Shown piece after piece: positions 57,954 through 64,000 of a stretch of 64,000 nucleotides of DNA. Below the pieces are notes generated by a model. That model ran no database searches and was not told the DNA's origin. It saw nothing but the letters and a program-made list of their open reading frames with translations. A program made the position numbers and the translations under genes. Numbering within the stretch: position 1 is the first letter of the stretch; every line of letters starts with the position of its first letter. The stretch is from an uncultured Acidimicrobiia bacterium. Lineage in GTDB: Bacteria > Actinomycetota > Acidimicrobiia > Spongiisociales > UBA11373. The DNA lies in NCBI GenBank assembly GCA_964511945.1, contig CAZEHO010000003.1, positions 62,431-126,430 on the forward strand. Direction: 5' to 3'.

Positions 57954-58756
57954 GCACAGCCGCTCGACGCCGGCTGCTCGCCGGACTCGTTGCGATTGCC
58001 GGGGCGGCAGCCGTCATGGCGTTCCTGCTGGCAAGCCGTGACGAGATCGTCATCTACCGGATCACCGTCGTCGAGGGTTTGACGGTGCCAGCCACCCTCG
58101 ATCGCCTGGCGAATCAGACCGGGTTCACGGTCGACGCATATACGACGGCCCTTCTCGACGGATCGGTGACATCCTCCCTGCTGCCCGCCGACCCGGACGG
58201 CCTGACGTCCTGGGAGGGGCTGTTGTTCCCCGACACCTACGAGGTGACGGACCAGGAAGGACCGGCGGAGATCCTGCAGCGGCTCGCCGACACCGCATTG
58301 GCCCGGGTCGAATCGGTCGATTGGAGCTACGTGGAGGACCGCGGGCTCAGCGTGTATGACGGAATCGTGATCGCTTCGATGATCGAGCGGGAGGCCGGCG
58401 TCGATGCCGACCGGCCCCTGATCGCCAGTGTGATCTACAACCGGCTCGACATCGGCATGCGTCTCCAGATCGATGCCACCGTCGTCTACGCACTCGGTGG
58501 ATACCCGCCCGGGGGCCTGACCTTCGACGATCTCGAAATCGAATCGCCGTACAACACCTACGCGGTCGACGGGCTCCCGCCGACCCCGATTGCCGGAGTC
58601 CGATTGGCATCTATGCAGGCGGCGGCCGACCCGGCGGACACCGACTACTTCTTCTACGTCCTGGCCGATTCAACGGGCCGCCACGAGTTCACCACCACCT
58701 ACGAGGAGCACCTGGCTGCGATCGAACGAGCCCGGGCGGCGGGAGCGCTGCCGTAG
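57950..58756 (+). CDS. mltG: Endolytic murein transglycosylase MltG/YceG-like (short form)
   Basis: N-terminal TM. YNTYAVDGLPPTPIAGV and the FYVL..STG.HEFTTTYEEH C-terminal signature. GTG start overlaps the cyclase stop as GTGA. Confidence 0.7.
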   Translation: MSTAARRRLLAGLVAIAGAAAVMAFLLASRDEIVIYRITVVEGLTVPATLDRLANQTGFTVDAYTTALLDGSVTSSLLPADPDGLTSWEGLLFPDTYEVTDQEGPAEILQRLADTALARVESVDWSYVEDRGLSVYDGIVIASMIEREAGVDADRPLIASVIYNRLDIGMRLQIDATVVYALGGYPPGGLTFDDLEIESPYNTYAVDGLPPTPIAGVRLASMQAAADPADTDYFFYVLADSTGRHEFTTTYEEHLAAIERARAAGALP

Positions 58757-58759
58757 GAA

Positions 58760-59689
58760 TCAGTCCCTGAAGGTGGCCGGGCCGAGGCGGCTGCGATCGA
58801 CTTCCACCGAGATCACATCTCCCCGGAAGTAGTGGCCCGCCGGATCGAAGTTCTGCCGCTCCCCGCGCACCACGGCGGGATCGATGTCGGCGGCAACGAG
58901 CCGCTCCTCACCCGATAGCGGCTCCGCCAGCCAGGTGCCGTCGGGAGCGGCGATTGCCGAGCCGCCGTCGTACATGAGGTCTCCATCACCAAACGCTTCG
59001 TCACGGAGTTCGAACGTGTCGGGGATCGAGCTGCGCCGCAGCACAGAGCCCGCGGAGAGCACGTAGCAGCGGCCCTCAAGTGCGATGAACCGGGTGATGT
59101 CGCGGGTCAGGCCGGTCGACCCGGGCCAGCCGGCAACATGGAGATCAATCCCCTGGGCGTACAGGGCGTGGCGAACCGCCGGGACCCAGTTCTCCCAGCA
59201 GTTGAGGCCGCCCACCATCATGGCGCCGACCCGGTGGGCTCGCAGCCCGTGACCGTCACCGGTGCCCCACACCATGCGCTCGTCGTAGGTGGGCATGAGC
59301 TTGCGATGCGCACTGACGATGCCATCGGTCGGATCGATCGCGACGAAGGTCGCGTACACGGTGCCCCGCGATGGGGACCGCTCCGTGATCCCCACGTAGG
59401 TGAACACCCCTGTGTCGGTGACGGCCGCAGTGATCGACGCAAGTTCGGGCCCGTCGAGGCCGACAGCGGCATCCAGATACGCGGCGTACGCCACCTTCTG
59501 CACCGGCCGGTTCCAACGCGAGCCGTCGGTGTTGCCGATCCAGAACGGGTATCCGCTCAGGAAGGTCTCACCGAAAGCGAGGAGATCGACACCGTCGTCG
59601 GCGGCACGTCCGATCCAGTCGACGACGATGGCTGCGGTGGCCTCGGGGTTTCCCCAGGCGGGAGAGGTTTGGGCGGCGGCGATACGCAT
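58760..59689 (-). CDS. Nitrilase-superfamily carbon-nitrogen hydrolase (nitrilase / cyanide-hydratase branch)
   Basis: Catalytic triad context AFGETF (Glu), RKLMPT (Lys), GGLNCWEN (Cys). ATG 59689 chosen (MRIAAAQTSP...). Confidence 0.8.
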   Translation of the reverse strand: MRIAAAQTSPAWGNPEATAAIVVDWIGRAADDGVDLLAFGETFLSGYPFWIGNTDGSRWNRPVQKVAYAAYLDAAVGLDGPELASITAAVTDTGVFTYVGITERSPSRGTVYATFVAIDPTDGIVSAHRKLMPTYDERMVWGTGDGHGLRAHRVGAMMVGGLNCWENWVPAVRHALYAQGIDLHVAGWPGSTGLTRDITRFIALEGRCYVLSAGSVLRRSSIPDTFELRDEAFGDGDLMYDGGSAIAAPDGTWLAEPLSGEERLVAADIDPAVVRGERQNFDPAGHYFRGDVISVEVDRSRLGPATFRD

Positions 59690-59855
59690 CGGGTCAATGT
59701 AGTGGTGGGGCGACTGCTGCAGCCTCCGCAGATCGAATGCGCTGTGGATCATGGCAAGGCCCGGATTCGGCGACACCGTTCCGTTGCATCGTCTACTGTC
59801 ATGGCGGGCGAACGGGAGCGGGCGTGTCGGCGACGCCGACGATCGGGAGTGTCCC

Positions 59856-60152
59856 GTGCCACTGCCATTCATCCGGACCTACCCCATCACCCCGAGGTAT
59901 GCGTTCGAGACCTGCCTGGTAGCAGCGGCCGAGATCGGGTTCGAGCCCACCATGGTGGATCCGTCGGCCTTCCATCTGTGGTTGAAAGGGCGCAAGCAGG
60001 GTCAGAAGATCTCACTGTCGATTACCGACAACGGCCTCGGCGGGGTGACCATCCACATCACACCCGAGAAGGAGCGCCGGTTCGGCGGCGGCGGCCCCAC
60101 CCGCCGGTTCATTCGCAGCTTCGAGAAGGTCCTGCGGCGCGCTTCCGCGTAA
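59856..60152 (+). CDS. Hypothetical small basic protein (possible GTG start), adjacent to the AmmeMemoRadiSam genes
   Basis: GC3-rich 99-codon frame. GGGAG 5 nt upstream of GTG 59856. No recognisable domain. Confidence 0.3.
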   Translation: MPLPFIRTYPITPRYAFETCLVAAAEIGFEPTMVDPSAFHLWLKGRKQGQKISLSITDNGLGGVTIHITPEKERRFGGGGPTRRFIRSFEKVLRRASA

Positions 60153-60162
60153 CGTTGAGACC

Positions 60163-60957
60163 ATGGTCTCGATCCGGCCGCCGGCGGTCGCGGGGACCTT
60201 CTACCCCGCTGATCCCGAAGAACTCGAACAAGCGGTTCGCGAACTGATCGAGGCTGCTGCGCCCGCCAAACCGTCGGTGGTCCCGAGGATTCTCATAGTC
60301 CCTCATGCGGGGTATGTGTACTCCGGCCCCGTGGCGGCCGCCGCCTACCGGCTCCTGCCGGATCTGGGACGATCCCGGTTCGTCCTCCTCGGGCCGTCGC
60401 ACTTCATCGGCTTTGCCGGCCTGGCAACTCCCGGGGTCGGTTCCCTGGCGACCCCTCTGGGCGATGTCACAGTTGATGCCGATTTGACCCGCCTCGCCGA
60501 GGAGCACCGGCAGGTCAGGTCCGACCCCAGAGCACACGCACAGGAGCACAGCCTCGAGGTGCAACTCCCGTTCCTGCAAGTGGCTCCTTCAGACTCCGGT
60601 GTGATAGCGCTCGTGACCGGAGACGTGGACCCGCATCCGGCTGCGGAGGTCCTCGACGCACTGCTCGACGAGAACGACACGATCGGCATCATCTCCACGG
60701 ACCTGTCGCACTACCTCCCCGACCACGAAGCCCGAATCCGGGATCGGCGAACGACGGCTGCCATCACCGAATTGCGTCCCGAGGACCTCTCCCCCGGCGA
60801 CGCGTGCGGATACACCGCTCTCGCCGCAGCACTCCACGTAGCTCGGCGCCGGTCGTGGCGTTGCGAACTCCTGAGCCTGGGCAATTCGAGCGATACGATC
60901 GGGCCCAAGGACCGGGTGGTCGGATATGGAGCGTTCGTGCTGGGCCGACCCCGATAG
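60163..60957 (+). CDS. AmmeMemoRadiSam system protein B (MEMO1-family)
   Basis: N-terminal PAVAGTFYPADPEEL and ILIVPHAGYVYSGPVAAAAY; 264 aa; ATG 60163. Confidence 0.8.
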   Translation: MVSIRPPAVAGTFYPADPEELEQAVRELIEAAAPAKPSVVPRILIVPHAGYVYSGPVAAAAYRLLPDLGRSRFVLLGPSHFIGFAGLATPGVGSLATPLGDVTVDADLTRLAEEHRQVRSDPRAHAQEHSLEVQLPFLQVAPSDSGVIALVTGDVDPHPAAEVLDALLDENDTIGIISTDLSHYLPDHEARIRDRRTTAAITELRPEDLSPGDACGYTALAAALHVARRRSWRCELLSLGNSSDTIGPKDRVVGYGAFVLGRPR

Positions 60958-60960
60958 TGC

Positions 60961-62034
60961 TCAGCCACTGATTCGAACCGGAACCCTCTTCCCACCCCAG
61001 GCTCCCGGCTCAGGTTCGAACACTCCGGAGCACCGGGTACCGCATCCTTGACAGGCACCGGCACCGTCGAGGCCCCACGCACTGAGGTGATAGCGGCTGC
61101 GGACGATCAAGACGCGGCCACACTCGTGGCAATAGGTGCTCTCGGCAGCCGGGTCGTGCACGTTGCCGACGTACACGTGGCGCAGCCCGTTGTCGATTCC
61201 GATGGCTCGGGCCCTTCGCAGTGTTGCCGCCGGTGTCGGCGGAGAATCGGTCATCCTGAAGTCGGGATGGAACGCGCTGAAGTGCACGGGCACTTCCGGT
61301 CCGAGGTGTTCGACGATCCACGTGGTGAGCGCGTCCACCTCCCCGTCGGAGTCGTTGTATCCGGGAATGAGCAGCGTGGTCACTTCGAGCCAGGTCCTGC
61401 TGCCGGCCACGTACTCGAGCGTGTCCAGAACGACGCCGAGGCGCCCTCCGCAGGTGCGCCGGTAGAAGTCCTCGTTGAAGCTCTTGAGATCGATGTTGGC
61501 CGCATCGATGTGTCCGTAGAACTCCGCTCTCGGCTCCGGGGTGACGTACCCGGCGGTCACGGCGACGGTGGCAACGCCCTCCTCATGGCAGGCGGCGGCA
61601 ACATCGATGGCGTACTCATGGAAGACGACCGGATCGTTGTAGGTGAAGGCGACGCTGCGGCACTCGAGTTGGCGAGCGCGTCGGGCGATCGCCTGCGGTG
61701 TCGCCTGCTCGCCCAGTCGGTCGAACTCACGAGCCTTCGAGATCTCCCAGTTCTGACAGAACCGGCAGGCGAGGTTGCAGCCGGCTGTGCCGAACGACAG
61801 CACCGGTGTGCCGGGGAGGAAGTGGTTGAGCGGCTTCTTCTCGATGGGGTCGATGCAGAAGCCACTGGAACGGCCATACGTCGTGAGCACGATCTCATCG
61901 TCGTGACGGGCGCGAACGAAGCACAGCCCGCGCTGTCCGTCGTGCAGCTTGCAGAACCGGGGGCACAGGTCGCACTGGATCCGGCCGTCATCGAGATCGT
62001 GCCAGTAGCTGGTGGAGACAATCGAGGCACTCAT
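60961..62034 (-). CDS. AmmeMemoRadiSam system radical SAM enzyme
   Basis: CIDPIEKKPLNHFLPGTPVLSFGTAGCNLACRFCQNWEISK (CxxxCxxC radical SAM cluster with a family-specific flank). ATG 62034 overlaps the upstream radical SAM gene's stop as ATGA. Confidence 0.8.
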   Translation of the reverse strand: MSASIVSTSYWHDLDDGRIQCDLCPRFCKLHDGQRGLCFVRARHDDEIVLTTYGRSSGFCIDPIEKKPLNHFLPGTPVLSFGTAGCNLACRFCQNWEISKAREFDRLGEQATPQAIARRARQLECRSVAFTYNDPVVFHEYAIDVAAACHEEGVATVAVTAGYVTPEPRAEFYGHIDAANIDLKSFNEDFYRRTCGGRLGVVLDTLEYVAGSRTWLEVTTLLIPGYNDSDGEVDALTTWIVEHLGPEVPVHFSAFHPDFRMTDSPPTPAATLRRARAIGIDNGLRHVYVGNVHDPAAESTYCHECGRVLIVRSRYHLSAWGLDGAGACQGCGTRCSGVFEPEPGAWGGKRVPVRISG

Positions 62035-62996
62035 GCGACGGCTCCATCGATGCGCCACAGGCCGGCCCGGCGGGCGGCGTCGTGGGCTGCGGTGAGTTCA
62101 TCGCTGCGGGGCCTGCGGTTGATGTCGAGATGGCGGGGGCTGGTCGGAACCCGGTGAGCAGGCCGGTACTGACCCATGATGTTGATGTAGGTGTCCGCTG
62201 AGAGATCATGGAGCCACTCGAAGATGGCGGCGGACTCGTCGATCAGGCCCGGCATCACCAGGTGGCGGATCAGGACACCGCGGCGGGCGAGGCCGTCGGA
62301 CCCGAATCGCAGCGGGCCAACCTGGCGGTGCATCTCAGCAATCGCAGCCCTGGCGGCGTCGGGGTAATCGGCGGCCCGCAGCAACCGGCGCGCGGTATCC
62401 GCCTCCCACACCTTGAAGTCGGGCATGTAGATGTCGACCAGTCCGTCCATCAATTGCAGTGAACTCAGCGCGTCGTACGCCGAGGTGTTGTAGACGATCG
62501 GGATCTCGAGCCCGAGCGGCACCGCCAGGGCGATGGCCTCGACGAGCTCGGGGGCGACGTGTTCCGGGGTCACGAAGTTGATGTTGTGGCACCCGGCGCC
62601 CTGTAGCCCGAGCATCAGATCGGCGATTTGCTCTGCGGTCATCTCCCGTCCGGCGCCGCCGGCCGAGATGTCCCAGTTCTGACAGAACACACACTTGAGA
62701 TTGCAGTAGGAGAAGAAGATGGTGCCCGACCCGCGCCGGCCCGACAGGCATCGTTCCTCCCCGTGATGGGGGGCGGCCTGGGCGACGATCGCGTTCCGGC
62801 CGGTGTGGCAGACGCCGCGTTCGTCGGCCAGCCGATCGACGCTGCAGTCGCGGGGACAGGCGCGACAGTTACCGAGTTCCCGCCGGGCGGCTTCCACCTT
62901 GCCGGGCAGGAGCCCGCGACGGGCGGTGCGCAGGTAGGCGGGCTCGAAGCGGCCGATCAGGAATCGCTCGTCGAGTCCCGCCGCTCTCGGGTTCAT
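62031..62996 (-). CDS. PflX-like (COG1313) radical SAM protein
   Basis: SGTIFFSYCNLKCVFCQNWDIS radical SAM motif; 321 aa; paralogous to the downstream AmmeMemoRadiSam radical SAM gene. Confidence 0.75.
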   Translation of the reverse strand: MNPRAAGLDERFLIGRFEPAYLRTARRGLLPGKVEAARRELGNCRACPRDCSVDRLADERGVCHTGRNAIVAQAAPHHGEERCLSGRRGSGTIFFSYCNLKCVFCQNWDISAGGAGREMTAEQIADLMLGLQGAGCHNINFVTPEHVAPELVEAIALAVPLGLEIPIVYNTSAYDALSSLQLMDGLVDIYMPDFKVWEADTARRLLRAADYPDAARAAIAEMHRQVGPLRFGSDGLARRGVLIRHLVMPGLIDESAAIFEWLHDLSADTYINIMGQYRPAHRVPTSPRHLDINRRPRSDELTAAHDAARRAGLWRIDGAVA

Positions 62997-63035
62997 CTCA
63001 GATCAAGGTACTCCCGGCCGGCAGAGAAGGGTGGC

Positions 63036-63320
63036 TCAGACCAGATCGCCAATCAGCCATGCGAGGCACCCGAACCCCAGGGCAGCCGCAGCGATCATCA
63101 CCATCACCAGCAGCGCAATCATCCGCATCTCCGTTGGGCTCGCCGGGTCCGTTGAGCCGCGCAGATGGCGGTAAGACCGGCGGGCCGCCAGCGAAACCAC
63201 AGCGGCACCGATTCCTGTTCCGATTGCGCCCCACCGTCCCCCGGCGGCGAAACCGGCGATCGCCGCCACGGGTCCGGCGACCACAAGCGCCAGCAGGAAT
63301 CGCACGTGAGGATGCCGCAT
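63036..63320 (-). CDS. Small hypothetical membrane protein (3 TM)
   Basis: Hydrophobic segments LLALVVAGPVAAIAGFAAG, IGTGIGAAVVSLAA, MIALLVMVMIAAAALGFGCLAWLI. ATG 63320 chosen. Confidence 0.4.
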   Translation of the reverse strand: MRHPHVRFLLALVVAGPVAAIAGFAAGGRWGAIGTGIGAAVVSLAARRSYRHLRGSTDPASPTEMRMIALLVMVMIAAAALGFGCLAWLIGDLV

Positions 63321-63324
63321 CAGC

Positions 63325-64000
63325 TCAGGGGAAGATCTTGCCCGGGTTGAGAATCCCCGCCGGATCAAACGTCGAGCGGATCCTGCGCATCAGGTCCAAT
63401 TGCTCGGGCTCCATTGCCATCGGCAGATAACTCCGGCGTGTCACCCCCACCCCGTGCTCACCGGTGATCTGGCCGCCCAGGCCCAGCGCCAGAGCGAAGA
63501 TCTCCTCACTGATCGCCGGAGTCAGCGCCTTCCAGCGGTGATCGGCGATCTCGTCCTTCAGAACGTTGATGTGAATGTTCCCGTCGCCGGCATGACCGAA
63601 GCAGACGATCCGAACGTCGTGGCGGGCGGCCGTCTGCTTGATGCCTGCAAGCAGGGTCGGGATTTCGGCCCGGGGAACGACGACGTCCTCCATGTGGTTG
63701 ATCGGGCTCTCGTTGTTGAGCGCATCGATGATCTTGCGGCGGGCGTCCCACAGCCGGTCGCGGGTGGCCGAGTCGTCGGCGACCAGGACCTCACGGGCGC
63801 CGTGGGCGAGGCACAGCTCTCCGACGATCTCGAGATCTGCGTCGACGGCCTCCCGGCCGTTCCCGTCGAGCTGAATGAGCAAATGGGCTGCGGCGTCGTT
63901 GAAGGGAACCTCCGCGCCGGTGAGCCGATCCACAGCGGCGATGCTGTCGCGCTCCATGAACTCGATCGCCGTCGGGAGTATCCGCCTGGCGAGGATCGCC
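63325..64000 (-). CDS. FAD-linked oxidase (GlcD / D-lactate dehydrogenase-like), C-terminal part. The N-terminus lies beyond the window end.
   Basis: FAD-oxidase C-terminal domain pattern ...ITGEHGVGVTRRSYL...DLMRRIRSTFDPAGILNPGKIF. The frame is open to nt 64000. Confidence 0.7.
   Translation of the reverse strand, partial: AILARRILPTAIEFMERDSIAAVDRLTGAEVPFNDAAAHLLIQLDGNGREAVDADLEIVGELCLAHGAREVLVADDSATRDRLWDARRKIIDALNNESPINHMEDVVVPRAEIPTLLAGIKQTAARHDVRIVCFGHAGDGNIHINVLKDEIADHRWKALTPAISEEIFALALGLGGQITGEHGVGVTRRSYLPMAMEPEQLDLMRRIRSTFDPAGILNPGKIFP

Overview
High-GC (about 70%) actinobacterial chromosomal window (Acidimicrobiia-like). It is densely packed with about 60 protein-coding genes on both strands, many translationally coupled through 4-nt ATGA/GTGA overlaps. 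Most of the long shadow ORFs in the six-frame track are GC artefacts antisense to real genes. I found no rRNA, tRNA or CRISPR array by eye. Recognisable content, in order:
- 1 to 15.2 kb: O-methyltransferase; F420-type LLM oxidoreductase coupled to a MoaD/ThiS-like GG protein; a tandem-fused Lrp/AsnC regulator; two paralogous polytopic membrane proteins plus a small membrane protein; a SHOCT peptide; a LarA-like racemase coupled to a HAD hydrolase; a TauE/SafE exporter; a deazaflavin (F420H2) nitroreductase; MaoC; twin ABM monooxygenases; an NfnAB/SudAB-like pair (GltD-like plus PyrK-like); an NmrA-like protein.
- 15.2 to 27.5 kb: a frameshifted YcaQ-like remnant; GT2 coupled to PlsY; an alpha/beta-hydrolase fragment; a HEAT-repeat protein overlapping an HD-GYP phosphodiesterase; a PAPS-type sulfotransferase; several secreted or lipoproteins with poly-Thr/Ser linkers (SH3b-like, DUF3048); an alpha carbonic anhydrase; a serine hydrolase.
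- 27.5 to 43 kb: VOC protein; sdhCAB (B-type); a P-loop protein; Lon protease with hairpin terminators; SDR; NagA; a run of lipoproteins and membrane proteins (DUF3179, DUF1761).
- 43 to 64 kb: nucleoside deaminase; a 1020-aa membrane protein with three internal repeats; MazG-like; prolyl oligopeptidase; a 2015-aa RTX/DUF11/cadherin-like/FG-GAP adhesin-like giant carrying a perfect 294-bp internal tandem duplication; an L,D-transpeptidase; a DUF4242 and adenylate cyclase fusion; MltG; nitrilase; an AmmeMemoRadiSam protein B and radical SAM pair with an extra PflX-like radical SAM; a GlcD-like FAD oxidase (partial).
The most notable item is an unannotated SelW/Rdx-like selenoprotein gene at 43307-43531. 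It has an in-frame TGA inside a CxxU motif and a candidate SECIS hairpin, and standard ORF calling misses it.
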